Part shown: positions 12,528-25,237 of the stretch, piece by piece
Position numbering within the stretch: the first letter of the stretch is position 1
Layout of the letters: every line of letters starts with the position of its first letter
Source of the DNA: Protoeuglena noctilucae
Taxonomy: Eukaryota
Length of the DNA: 64,000 bases
Assembly (NCBI GenBank): GCA_958009085.1
Contig: OY253675.1
Coordinates: 558,001-622,000 of the forward strand
Direction of reading: 5' to 3'
Notes under the pieces: model-generated
The model's input: only the letters and a program-made list of their open reading frames with translations
Told to the model about the DNA's origin: nothing
Databases searched by the model: none
Program-made: the position numbers and the translations under genes

Positions 12528-14619
12528 ATGTCGCATCTCACTGAGCCTCTCGTCTCGCGCGACGGGGGGGAGCAAGTTCCCAAGCCGTGGCACCACTACA
12601 GCTGGAACGTCCGCCTGGGCATCGCGTGGACGGCTGTTGAGTTCGCGTCCCGCACCGTCCGCGGGGGAGACATCGTGTCGGTCCTTTTGTTCCAGCAAAC
12701 GGGGAGCCATGCCGCTGTGGGTTACGTGCAAGGCGTCAACGGCATCATGCAGCTCGCAGGTGACCGTCAGGTCGGAGGGACAGGGATCATGGCCGATGGG
12801 CGCGAGCTCGTTGCAACCGCTCCCACCGCTCCCACACCGCGCCGCAGTCGCGCTGCCCGCCGGGTTCCTGGCCGATCGCCACCGTAGAGACCGAACGCTG
12901 GCCCTCGGGGCGCTCCTCGGCCTTTTGGCGGGCTCCCTGCAGCTCCTGGCGCTGGTGCGGTACCCGGGGAGTGCCCTGTGGCTGGGCGCTGCCATGGCAG
13001 CCTTAGGCGCCTACAGTGGGTGGACGGCAGGGCCTTTGGAGGCCATCTTCGCCGACTCGACCAGCGCGGCCGACCGACAGCGCCTGTTCACGGCGAAGTA
13101 CGTCGCCCTCACGCTCGCGTGCGCTGCGGGCCCTCTGGTGGGCTTGGCGGGGTTCGTTTTATTGGGCAACCGGTGGACGACCCAGAAGTGCGTCATAGGT
13201 GAGGAGGCGAGGGACATGGTCTGGCGGCTTGGGCTGAGACGTCGCACAGTGGGTGGCTGGACGTCAGAGAGCATCCCGTCTCTCCCCGCAGTGCTCGTCG
13301 CCGGCCTCGCCCTGATGCTCCCGTCGCTCGTCATGCTGCTCATGTTCAACGACGACGCGACGTTGGTGGCCCAGGAGCGGCGGCAAGGGCAGGCGGCCCC
13401 TGCGCGCGACACGAGGGCGGGGCAGGGATGCCCGAATGAAGTCTACGGGGCGCGGATGGCGGAGGTGATCGACGTTTGCCCAGAACCCTGCAGCCTTTGC
13501 TTCGGGGTCGCGCGGCACCCCGCTGCGGTGGCGGCGATGAAGCCGGAGGGGCTGGTGGAGGCGTCACGACCGCTGGTGGGAGCGGGGGACGGGGAGGCGG
13601 TCAGTGTGCGAGGCGACGCCCCAACGCAGCTGGGGGTGGATGGGCAAGGTCGATCGGCGTCGCCGTCGCTGGCGGGGGAACGCGACGAGGAACGTGGGGT
13701 GCGAGGGGCGGTGTGGGAGGCTCCAGCGCATGTAGGGGCGATGAACGGGCGAGGGCACGAGCCGGGGCCCTCGGGGTCGCCACCTCTCCTCGCGCTCTGG
13801 GGGGACGAGGAGCGGGGCGCGTGGCAGGGCCCACGATCGCTGGTCGTGCCGGGGCTGATCCTTGCATCAGACGTGCTGGGCGCCCTGGCTGCCGGCATGA
13901 CGGTGCGGTTCGTCGTGCTGTTCATGACGGAACGGTACGACATGAGGCCCATCACGGTGTCGCTGCTGGGTGCGCTGGGGCCGGGCGTGGTGGCGCTCTT
14001 CAGCTGGCTGTCGGGCCCCGTCGCCCGCGTCGCGGGAGCCCTGGAGGTCAACCTGTGGTGGCGCGTCGTGGACATTGTCCTGATGCTCGCGATGGCCGCC
14101 ATGCCCGAGCGCCCCGGCGCGGCTGCCGTGGCCCTCGGGGTCGTTCACGTCGTGCGCATGGGCGCTGCCAATTGCTCCAGGCCTCTCCTGCGTGCCATTC
14201 TCATGGACAACGTGCCGCCCGAGGTGAGGCGCGCTGCGGGGTGGGCGGCATACGATGATTGCGCTGGCCCGCACCCGTGCTCGGAGCGAGGCTGTTGCTA
14301 GCACACACGTGCTACGGGCGGTGCGTTCCTGCAGCCATTGCTCGTGTGCCGCGACGGCCCTCACACCCTCGGCCATTGCATGCAGAAGCGAGCCCTGTGG
14401 AGCGCCGCAGACAACGTCCGGACCTTCTCCTGGTCCGGATCTGCGGCCCTGGGCGGCCTCCTGATCGCCGCCATCGGTTACAGGGGCACGTTCATCGTGA
14501 CGTCAGCCATCAAGGTCCTCAGCATGGTGCCCCTCGCGCTGCTCCTGCCCGTCGCCAGCCGCGCGGCACTCGCCAGGGACGCGAGCGCCGCCGCCTCGCG
14601 CGCCGCAACCAGCGGGTGA
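12528..14619 (+). CDS. Major facilitator superfamily transporter
   Basis: MFS motif A-like ALPAGFLADRHRRD and multiple hydrophobic helices in two bundles separated by a long hydrophilic loop. Final exon KRALWSAADNVRTFSWSGSAALGGLLIAAIGYRGTF…; TGA at 14617. Confidence 0.8.
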
Positions 14620-14874
14620 CGGGCCGCGGTCTTATCGGCCGACACCCTGTCAGTCGCAACGACCCAGACGAGGGCAGTGGCTGCGAGTTCTCACGACTCG
14701 TTGCTCACGCCGTCGCATTCCTGTGCTAAGTTGCCAACGGGGGCCACTTGCTATATGAGCAGATACGATTCACTGGATGTCTTGCCCCCCGCCACTCCCC
14801 TTTGCCGGCATGGCCAGCGTTGCTCTGGCCCCGCTTGCCGGCGGAACTCAATAAGTGGCATGATGAGTCCATGT

Positions 14875-16557
14875 CTATGTAGCGGCCATGAGAGCATGCA
14901 GACTAGACTCCCCCGGGACGGCGATGAATGGCGGGTAGCTGAGGAGCATCTCTGCTGCGCCCGAATGGTTGCGGCGGTCCACATGGGGATCGGGAAGCAC
15001 GGCGGTGCGACGCGGGACCTGGCCCAGCACTGCGGGTGAAGTAGAACAAAGCAAACTAGCTCTAATTAGCATATGCGTGTCGCTGGTGCTGACCTGCATG
15101 CCACCATCTAACCACACGCACCCCATGCCAGGACCAACTCACTCTGTCACCTCACAACATGCACCCCATGCCCATGCGCGTCCCCATGCTCACTCTGTCC
15201 CTCGCGCCCCACCTGCCGTTCCCTCCCCGCTCCGCACATACGTCAGCTCTAGGGCCACGGGCACAGGCACCCCTCTTATGAGCTCCACGCCGCCAAAGTT
15301 GTTGCCGTGGACGTGCACGAGCACCATGTGCCGCGCCAGCTTGGCCAAGACCTGCCGGGCGACGGGTATGGTAGCAGAGTCAAACGGCAGGTCGCAACGG
15401 GCGCAATGGCACTTCCCATTGCACAGCGTTTGCCGCCACTTGGCATGGCGAACGTCGCTCACCCCGAGCTTCTCGTCCTCGGTCAGACCGTACAGGCCCG
15501 TGCCTGGATGGTGGATCTCCAGAACCACTTGGCGGAACCTCGGGAACAGCGACTCATCGAGCCGGTTGAGCCTGAGAGCGGGTGCACACGGGCTGCGCTC
15601 CCGCTCCACTCCATCGCGGCGCTCTAAGCAACAAGGCGTGCACCCGGCGCTGCCAAAGCACGTGCAGCGTGCAACGTGCTTTGCAATGTGCTCCGTGCTT
15701 CACCAGTCCCACTCGGCGCCCTCGATGTCGAGCTTGAGGAAAACGTTCCGAGCACTCTGGATGCGGTCGGTCAGGTCCGCGAGGCCGTCGCCGAACCCGA
15801 TGTTCTGGCGAACCCACGTGAGCCGGTCCGGCATCTCAGGGGCCGCGTCGATCGTGCCGTCGTAGGCGAACCCCTCCGGCACATAGTGGAGGCTGCGGAG
15901 GGAACGTCCATAGGACTGGGCGTGTAGTTAGATACGGTAGGAACTAGAAGCGCGCGCAGACGAAAGCAAAGCTCTTCACCTGAAGAAAGAGCGGTCGAAC
16001 GACGTGTCGCGCTCCACGCCACCGGCCAAATACAGGTCGTATGCGTGTCGTCCGAGGCTCGCGACCGCGTAACCACCGTCCGCATCCCTTCCCACACGCA
16101 CGAGGGGCAGCGCAGGGTCGTACACAGTCAGGGGGGCCAACGGGCCCGGGAAAGGTTCGCGGATGTCGATGCCCGCGTAAGGGTTCGCGAGGGAGACGCC
16201 GCCGGGAGCACGCGATTGGCGGAACACCAAGAAGAAAGCCACGAAGGCGCACTGCGGGGGACGAGGCGACGGCGCGCGCGCTCGCCGGGGGGAGGGTGGC
16301 GGGCATGCCCAACGCGGTGCAGCTGGGCGCGTTTTTACCACGAACAGGACCGCCGCGGCCGCGATGTGGAGACGATGGCTTCTTACAAGCGATATGTCTT
16401 GGCCGTTGGCCTTGGCACTCTTCCGGGCCTGCAAAAAAGAGCTCCTTGGGTCTCGAGCTGCCAAGCCTGCGCAGAGTGGCTCATCGCAAGTGCCACTCCT
16501 TTCTACTGCGCGTGCCGTCTGGGTGAAGACCTCATACAGCATCGCCGGCCTCGTCAC
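14875..16557 (-). CDS. FkbM/Methyltransf_22-like SAM-dependent methyltransferase with probable N-terminal membrane anchor
   Basis: Motifs RVGRDADGGY, YLAGGVERDTSF, FAYDGTI, RQNIG, FLKLDIEGAEW, FRQVVLEIH, VHVHGNN and LELTYVR lie across several exons. Start uncertain. Confidence 0.7.
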
Positions 16558-16866
16558 GGCGCGGCCTCACACCTCCAGCATCTGGCTCGATCGGATGTCA
16601 CAGAAGGGAGGCGAGCCGTCAACAAACAAGGAAGTTGATTTCAAAGCACGGGGGAATCTAGAGGTCGGCACGATAGCATGAAATGCTTCCGAGCGTCTGT
16701 CAAGGCAGTTCGTCAGTCCACCTTGCGTGAGGTACTGACGCACACCGCCGGTGCGACATCCCGCCTGCCCCATTCCAGCCCTCTCCGAGGAGAGCCCAAC
16801 TATCCTGCGGCGACCCTTTCAACTCGAGCGCCGTTCACTCAGCACTCTTCGGCCATGCAGCTCCTC

Positions 16867-17839
16867 TCACAGGTCAGTGTCCCTGACCTCGTCCACACTG
16901 CGGACAGGCCCCGGGGGGCTGGTGCGGCCGATGCTCCGCGACCGCGGCGACCCGAACGATGGGGTCCTCGGGGGCGCGCCCGCGTCCCCTGGTCCCGCCC
17001 AGGGCGCCATTCCAGGGCCCTGCATGAATGCCCCCGGCTGGCCCGTCGTCAAATCCGACACGTCCGCGTCCTCCCGCCCCGACGAGCCCCCGCTGCCCGC
17101 CAAGATGCGCTCCCCCGCCTCGTGGTTCCGGCAGTACTTGTCCGATGCCACCGTGACACCCTCCGGCAGGCTCACGTCCACGTAGATGCCGTCCGCGCGC
17201 TCCTGCGCCATCGACGGCGTCCGGTTTCACCGACACGGTGACGATGGAACTAAGACATGCGAATGCGGCCCTATTCGCGGCGCGCGGCCCCACCTCTGCT
17301 GGGAACGTGCGCTGCATCTGGCCCATGCTCCGCCACGGGCCCGGGACGAGCCTGCCCCCCTCGCCCTTCTCCAAGCTCTGGTAAAGCTTCTCTCCGCCCT
17401 CGATAGATACCTTGTGCATGTGCCACGGGCAAGTCAGGCACGCCTGCGAGCGCAGAGGGCGCATCATCGCTGTGCCCTTGCGCGTGTGTTCCGCGAGCCG
17501 CGCGACGGAGAGGGGACGCGTGACACACCTTGCCGTCGATCTCTTCAATCTCGCCCAGCGTCAGAGGCCCGCCAGCGTGGTAGCACACCGCATCGAGGCA
17601 GAACACGCGTCCCTTGTGGCGAATGAGCGAGAGGTAGCGGCCCTGCGGCAAGGCGGGTGTGCTACGGCATTGGATGTGTAACGGCGACGTGCAAGACCTC
17701 GGATATTCACGGCAACGGCCTGAAGAAGCCCGTGCAGCCCTTTCACCTCGTGTTTGAGATGGAAGCGCGCGCCCTCCTCCTCCGCGAGGTCCACAGCCTC
17801 CGCTACCTTGGTCCACCCACCAGACTGGGCGAAGGACAT
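16867..17839 (-). CDS. Rieske [2Fe-2S] domain protein (RFESD-like)
   Basis: CLDAVCYHAGGPL (CxH) and CLTCPWH (CxxH) lie in consecutive exons. ATG at 17839. Confidence 0.85.
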
Positions 17840-18182
17840 CTTGACGGGACGGTCAAGATGCCACGCTCGGGTCCGGCACGATCGCTCGAAGTGGAGACAC
17901 GCTCAAAAACTAGCCTGACCCCGATGGTCGTCACAGTCGTCACGTCCTTGCCTTCATCTGGCGCAAGAGATGCCCCGGGTCGTGCACAAGCTTGCACCAG
18001 GCTGCCGGAGACGCCGTGACACAGCTTGTTCCAGCCTGACATGAAATCCGCGCATCGTCGAGCGGCACAGAACAGATCCTCGATCGGGTCTCATCAGGAA
18101 GAGACCGCGCGCGCTTCGGGTCCCGCGCCGCCACGCTTGCCTTGCTCGACGAAGCAGGTCGACGAAGCAGGAGATCGCCGCG

Positions 18183-20567
18183 ATGCCTTCCATCGCTCTG
18201 ACGCGGCCGGAGGAATGGCCTCCGCTGGTCACAGAGCTCGGCCTACGCGGCATCTGCCCGCCTGCCGTCGCCGTGGCGGTGGGACCTGCATCCGTGCTGT
18301 TCGCCGCCCTCCTGGCGCGTGCCGCCGCATCCGCCGCGAAGCCGGGACTGCAGAGGCGAGTATGCGGGACATACAACACGGTGGATGATTCGGATCGACT
18401 CGATCGAATCGCTTAGTCCCCCATGATGATGTTTGCGCTTCGCAGGTTCTCGCTCATGATCCCCTCGATCCTGCTGCCGCCCCTGGCCCAGTACATCCTG
18501 CTCGACGCGAGGTACCACTCAGGTGACTCTTGTGTGAAATATATGTCACTTGAGATGGCGTCACGAATCGTGAAGGCCGCCTGACTTGCGCCTCGCGACC
18601 TGCCTTCAGTGACGCTCGTTTCGCTGAGCTGCCTGGTCTACGCGTGGATCGCGCCGATGAAGTTCTACCTCCTCGCTCTCAACCGCGGGCCCCTGGTAGG
18701 TCCCCTCACACGTCGGACCCAGCGTCACGAAGGCGCAAAGCCCGCCATCTTAGAGCTCCCCTGCCATGCCTTGCAAAGCGACCCATCATTGGCCCTGCGC
18801 ACTCTCCCCGTAGAGCAACCCGTCCCTCGACATGCGGCAGTTCACCCTGCTGAGCCTCCTCCCTGTGACGGGCCGCCCCGCCGCCAAGGGGGCCACGGTG
18901 GATGAAGAGCGGGCCAAGTTCCAGCGACAGTTAACCCTCGCGCTCGCCAAGTTAGGTGAGAAGACCTTTGCACTCGAGGCCACGCTTCCATGTGCACCCT
19001 GCTTCCTTTCCGCTGCCACCCCTACCTCCCACCCCCCCATACCCCACCACCCCCGCAGCGTTACTGGCGACCGTGGTGACGGTGCTGCCCTGGATCCCCG
19101 CGGGTGGCTTCTTCTACAGCCTCGCCAACGCCTTCGGCCTCTACTCTCTCCTGGGATTGACGCTCGACGTGGGGGGCAGCCTGGCCATGGGCACCGTGGG
19201 GCTCGAATGCGACCCTCACTTCGACCACCCCTTCCTCCTGCAAAGGTGACGCTAGCCGTGGGGATGGTTGCGTCTCACTGTTACCCACATCGACAACGCT
19301 TGGCGCCCTGCACTGACAGTGCCCGGCACCCTGCCTTGACAGCGTCTGTCTCTGTTTGCCCCTCCCCGCAGCACGGCAGATTTCTGGCGGAGGTGGGACC
19401 TGGTCGTGGGCAGACTGGTGAGAAGGGTGGGAGAGGCTTGTGAGGCATATGCAGGTGCTTGCATGGACACATGCGCGTTCGCTTGCCCCACGTGAACTCG
19501 CCTAAATCAAGCAAACGCATCCCATTTACCCCGCTGTCGCAGATCCGGGAGTGCACCTACGATCCCATCATGGAGGGCAGCCTCGTGAAGAACCCGGCCC
19601 CGCCCGAACCGACCCTCCTGTGAGTCGCGCACCGCCATCGCCACTGCCATGTGCGCTGCTACCTCTGCTGCTATTATCAATGGCAGTACTGCTACCATCA
19701 CTGTTGCAATCCCTTGCTCAACCCCTTTTAATCCCGCCCAACCCCAGTCGCAGGTAGCCCCCTCCAACCACACGCAACCCCATTCTCAAAGTCAACCTCC
19801 CCCGCCCTCTCCCGCAGCCGCCGCCTGGTGGGCATGCACGCCGCCTTCCTCTGGAGCGGCCTGGGCCACGAGTTCGTGTGGCTGCTGGGCACCGTGGGGG
19901 TCCCTGGGTCGCTGTCCCCGGACCTCGGCTGGCTCTTCTACTTCCTCCTGCAAGCCCCCATTGTGACGGTCGAGCGCATTGTCGACAGGGTGAGTGCCGT
20001 GTGCTGTGCTGCCCTGCGCCGCTCTCCTTTCACCTACGCTACTCTCTCCTAACTCACGTGCCATCGCCGGGTACCAACCGCTGCCTGGTTGGCAACCCCC
20101 ACCTGCCCGCCATCCCAACTCACGTTGGTAACAAGTGAACCCTCCTGCCCGCCACCTGTCTCCACGCTCGTTACATTCGAATATGAACCCCTGTGCCTGC
20201 ACCCAGGCTCTGCTGAGGCCCTTGGGAGTGAAGGTCCCACGGTGGCTCGCCACGCCCACCGCGCTCGTCTGGTGCACCTGGGTGGGCCACTTCTTCTTCA
20301 TCCGGGCTTGCGTCGAGGGGGGCGTGGTGCAGGTGAGACGAAGGGGTGCTTGTGTCCTTTCAGATTTTCAACCCACCTGGGGCGCGTTGTCGGCTGGTGT
20401 GGATGGATACATGTAGATGTACCACGTGCATGACACATGTGACTTTGACACTGTACCCACCCTGCGCGCACCCTCTGTCCTCCACCCAGGCCGTCCTCAA
20501 CGACATGATCAAGACCGGGGGAGCTCTGGCGTCTTTCATGCTGTGGGGCGCCTCGTCGGGGGTGTAA
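18183..20567 (+). CDS. MBOAT-family wax ester synthase / long-chain-alcohol O-acyltransferase
   Basis: PHFDHPFLLQ|STADFWRRWDLVV, YDPIMEG, AAFLWSGLGHE (catalytic His) and FYFLLQAP, with many TM segments over about 10 exons. TAA at 20565. Confidence 0.85.
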
Positions 20568-20751
20568 GCAGGTCCCGGACACCACGCAGCACGTTCTCGT
20601 GGCATCACGTTTCGACATTTCGGGGTAGCCGGATCCTTGGATCCTCCGTTTCCCGCCAGTCACGCGTCTCGAGGTTGACATTCCAGATTCCCTCTCGTCG
20701 CGACAGGATAGGGTTACTCTTAGGGCAGCAGCGCGCATCAGCATTGAATGG

Positions 20752-23376
20752 CTAGCTGTCCTTCGACGAAGCCGCCTCCGACCCCTTCCCGCTCCGCACC
20801 TTGATGCTGCTGCTGCGCTTGACGATCTTGACTGCGGGGGGACACCGGAGACATTGGGTGTTATTGGGCAGAACTCTCTCCAATCTCCGAGAGGAGCTTG
20901 CGACCAGTGCACCTGCCCGTTGGCTGGTTGCGTTGGGTGTACCCGCATTGCATAGCGCCATGCAACACATGGAAAGCCCACGCCCAGCCCCGCATCTCGC
21001 ACCTGTGCCCTTGCTCACCCGCACACCGGCGCCATGCATCACGGCACACCTGCGCCCCGCCCCACATCGCGCACCTGTGGCCTTTCCCACCCGCACACCG
21101 CCATGCCTCATAGCACAACCGCGCCCAACCCCACATCACGCACCTGTGGCCTTTCCCACCACGCCCCTTCGGAAGTCGAACGCCCCTCGCACCCGGCGGA
21201 TGGCCTCCGGGACTTCCGTGTACGTCCACCCCAGCACGGCATGGGAAACGAAAACAAAGGGAAGCCGTCAGAGAGAAGAAGGCGTCATGCAAAGCGACAC
21301 ACTCGCGTCCAAGCACTGAATCGGAAACAACAGCGAAGAGGAGAAGATAAGAGATAGAAGGTGTCACACAGAGCAACACAGTATCATGCAGCCATGGCAC
21401 GTGTCCATTCGCTGCCGCCCATTCGCTGCTTGTCACCATTCGTGGCACCAGAGACGTCGTAGGTGTAGGTCGTCTGGGTGTAGATGATGGCGGCCGTAGT
21501 CAGGTTGCGGTCTAACGGCGCGTAGCCGAACGACGCCGCCCAGGCTTCGTTGACCGCGGCCAAGGCGCGCGCGAGGGTCATGGGGATGCGCGGGACGTCA
21601 CGCTTGCCACCCCAGATCGTGAGGCCGTCTGGGCCACGCGGCGCGTCCCCACAGAAGGTGCCGTACCGGGTGCCACGGGGGTCGCCAGTCAAGTGGAAGG
21701 CCTTGAGGTCCATCTGCGGACCGAGACAGTACCGCCAATCATTTTCACCGGACAGTTGCACTGGCTGCACCCCACGCCCCTGCTTGCTCACCTGTGCGCC
21801 TCTGCCGTCCAGCACGGTCCTGACGGCCAGCACGTGGCCCCTCGCCACGTCCTCGACCCAAACGTACGGCATCTGGGCATCGCCCGTGCCGAGGATGGGC
21901 GTCTGCTGCCTCAGCAGCGGATCCGCGAGCATCGCGTCATCGAGGCCGAACACTGCGCCGGGCCTGCGAGGCGACATCGGTGCAGGGGCATCGGGATACA
22001 CACGGGTCACCGGTAGCAGCTGTGCCACACGCGCAGGCTTTGGTACACATGGCAGGCCTCTGCACACATCGCAGGCTCCTACTCTACACATATCACAAGC
22101 CCCCGCACACATACAGAGCAGGTCTGGACTGAGCAGCTCCACCCACGCACCGCAGCGCCACACGCACGGGGACCTTGGAGGAAAAGACGACGCGCTCGGC
22201 CACTGCCTTGCTGCGGGCGTACTGATCGAAGGAGATGGCGGGGAAGAAGGCGTCCTCTTTCGCCAGTTGCCTGCGGGTCGACTTGAAACAGAGCGCTGAG
22301 AATGGGCGTGGGTCGGGTCTGAGCTTGGAAAGGCGCCCCCACAGTTGCGGAGTCTGGGGCAGGCTCACATGCACTTCTCGCCCCTTGCGAGTAAGGCCGT
22401 GCAGGAGGAGGTGTAGATGAGTGCCCGCACATTGCCCTTCTCGGCCGCCCGGGCGATGTTACCGCCCCCCGCACGTTCACCTCCCAAATGCGCTCGTCCA
22501 CATCGATGCCCGCCCCTGCGGGTGTCCAGGCACATTAGTTGCAGATGGCTGAGGCTGTGCTTGAGCCCCAAGGATCGCATATAAGTACTTATAGAACTCA
22601 TGTGCATGCCATCTGTGAGCTGAGCTCCCACCTGGGATGAGGGAAGCCATATGCAGCACAATGTCGGCGCCGCGGAGGACCTCCTCGCACTGAGCACGGT
22701 CCCTGCGTAGACAGGACGCCACGCAGCTGTTGTCATGTTTGCATAGTCCTGGAAAGTCGGCATGCCGCAGTGAAAGCCGCACTGGGAACGCACCGAATGT
22801 CGCCCTGCACGTAGGTGACGCCCGGCAAGGGGCTGGATGGCGCGATGACGTCAAAAACCACCACAGAAATGCGCGCGCCCTCGGCCTCTGCGGTGGAGTC
22901 ATAAGGCATCCGGCATTTTCGCCAACACCGGGCGAGGCAAGCAACGGTGGCACCTGAATGTGCGGCTGAACGCACCTAGCAACTGCCGCACGACAGCTTG
23001 CCCGATGAAGCCACATCCCCCCGTTATGACGACGCGCCGGCGGCCAGGGGCGTCGGCCAGGGAGCCGTGCACGACCACGAGCGGCCGAATGACCCGCCAT
23101 CTCGCCGCAAAGGCGCGGCGACACCGCACACTGCGGGTACATCATTTTGCATAGGATGATGAAAGCCAAGCATCTCTGTTCGGCGCCCGCAACTCGGCCC
23201 ACAGGCGCGCAGAGTGGCTTGATTACTCGAAGCACTCCCCTAGCCCAGCTCATCCCGATACCGACGGCCCCCATTACCACAGCCCCCATCGCCAGGCCAT
23301 GCCAGGCGTTCAGCTCATCCAGCTTCAGGTGTGAGATCCATTCCGCCACCGCGCTCTCCCGCCCCAGCATGGACAT
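20752..23376 (-). CDS. 3-beta-hydroxysteroid dehydrogenase/NSDHL-like extended SDR with N-terminal membrane anchor
   Basis: VVITGGCGFIG (Rossmann), VQGDI, VLHMAS, VNVRG, LIYTSS, YARSK (YxxxK), RPGAVFG and YVWVEDVARGH. The last intron, 21143-20832, joins in frame to VKIVKRSSS…KDS*. Confidence 0.82.
20990..21165. repeat. Imperfect ~70 bp tandem repeat (~2.5 copies) overlapping the last splice donor of the 3-beta-HSD gene
   Basis: 'gcacctgtg' cores at 20999, 21071 and 21140, with shared flanks (cacatc.cgcacctgtggcctttcccac; cccgcacaccg..ccatgc). Confidence 0.8.
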
Positions 23377-23700
23377 CTTGGCACGCCTCTTCTAGCTCAA
23401 CACATGCACAGTAAGGGTGACAGACATATCTGCGGTTCAATATGAAGCGTCATCTACCCGACGCTGCGCGCAGATCCGGCCTGTCGGCCACGCTCGCGAC
23501 ACGCCAGCAAACAACCGCGAGAGACGCGCCGAAGTAAGGGCCGTCCAGCGATCGCGCCACCCGCGGCAACATAACCGTCGTCTAACTTCGCAGCGCCACG
23601 CGCCAACAGGGGCCCGGCGCCGCGTCGAGCCCCACCCCCCAGGCCCTCATCCCCCTCATCCGCCCCCCCAACCTCGCCCACGCGTCGCACGGCGACGATC

Positions 23701-25004
23701 TCAGATGGCCGACAGCTGAGCGGACACCTTGTCGAGCTGCCCCTTGATCGACAGGTCGATCTGAGACGACCCGTACTCCACCACGAACCCCGCGATGAGG
23801 CGCTCGTCCACCACCGGCTTGAGCTTGATGTTCTTCGCACCCGTCAGCTCCTGCGCGGCGAGGACGCCGGGAGAGCCCTGAGCCGGTCTCTGGCGGGGCC
23901 GGCCCGGCCCACGCGCCCCAGCTGGCCCCGGCCACCCCCAGCATGCGGCAGCGGCCCCCGCCACGCTCTGCCCACGCCCCCGGCGCGCGCCATCGCCGCC
24001 CGCACCGCCGCGGGAGCATCGCTCGCACTCGCCTGGACCTTCTTGGCGATCATGAACTGCTGCTCCTGGTCGAGCTTGTCGGCCGACTTGACCACCGCGA
24101 CCTGGGTATCCGTGAGCCGGCAGTACTGATCCTCGAACGCGCTGCACACCTCAGCGGCGGCCTCGATGCGGCCCTTGTCCACCAGCAGCGACATGAAGTT
24201 GGTCGTGAACTCGGAGAAGCCCGCCTCCCCCGCGATCTTCTTGATGACCGCCTTCTTCTTCTCGGGGTCCACCAGCGGGTTTTGGAGGAGCTGAGACAGC
24301 TTGGAGTCCTCCTTCAGCACCGCGGCCATCGCGTCGACGTCGGCGTGAACCTGCGGCCCAGGGGTGGTGCAGCCGTCCCGACAGGCCCCGCATGCGGTCG
24401 AGGACGCCCCCCGTCGGCGTGCGACGAACGAAATAAGCTGCTGCCGCGGCCGGGCCCCGCCATCGCGAAGGCCCGATGCGCAGGGGCCCGTCCCGTCGCG
24501 CCAGACCCCCATGCGCCCGAATCGCGCGCCCGCGCGGCGTTCGCCGAACGCGAGCCGCGAATTGCGCTCCCAAAACGATCACGGAGCGCCTGACGGGCCC
24601 GGGGGACGCCCGCGCTCGGCCGCGCGAGCGACGGATATACCGGAGCAACGCCCAGGGCCGGCGGGGCGGGGCAGGGAGCATATATACGCCCTCCGCAGAA
24701 TAGAGAAGGGGCGGGCGGGGGTGAGCACCTGCTCCAGGGCGCCCTTGGACTGCGCCAGGTCGAGCAGGGCCGCGGCGTAGGCCGACCCGATGGACTGGTT
24801 CTCCACCTTCATCGCGCACACCCTGCGCGTGGCATTGCCACCGCGCGTCCCTGCGTGGGGCAGCCGTCCATCGGTTTGGAGTCCTGCAGGGCCCGGTGGG
24901 CGAAGCCGGGATCCGCCGTCGCCGCATCCCTCACCGCGGACCGCAGAGCGGAAGGTGGCGGGGCGCGAGGCCGCCGTCGGAAGGCTGACGGACCGGAGAG
25001 CCAT
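23701..25004 (-). CDS. ATPD: Chloroplast ATP synthase delta subunit (nucleus-encoded)
   Basis: Transit-peptide-like MALRSVSLPTAASRPATFRS…, then YAAALLDLAQSKGALEQ|VHADVDA…NPLVDPEKKK…FTTNFMSLLVDKGRI…ELTGAKNIKLKPVVDERLIAGFVVEYGSSQIDLSIKGQL. Confidence 0.95.
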
Positions 25005-25237
25005 TTCGCAGAATCTCCCCCGCCCCGACAGTACGCCGCCACGCCACGCCTGTGCTGACCCCGGGATAAGGACGCCGTGGAACTCGCGCGGGGGCGGGAA
25101 GGCCCCGGGGTCGAGCCAGCAAGCCCCCCGTCATGCCCGAGTCAGGGGCCGGGTTTGACCCTCATCCGGTCCCCGCGGCCAGAGCAAGGCCTCCGGGACG
25201 ACGCCGGGGCACGCAAGAGGGGCTTGAGTGGGAAAAC
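25005..25237. promoter_or_regulatory. Probable bidirectional promoter between ATPD and CHLP
   Basis: Only 233 bp separate the two divergent ATGs (25004 and 25238). Confidence 0.5.

Noticed and set aside
20990..21165. CRISPR-like repeat-spacer appearance (also 51050-51175)
   Set aside because: The units are degenerate tandem copies with related 'spacers', lie inside eukaryotic introns and have no cas genes nearby.
18183..23376. Lipid or sterol biosynthetic cluster (wax synthase next to 3-beta-HSD-like gene)
   Set aside because: The genes are convergent, their substrates are unknown and no scaffold-forming enzyme lies nearby.
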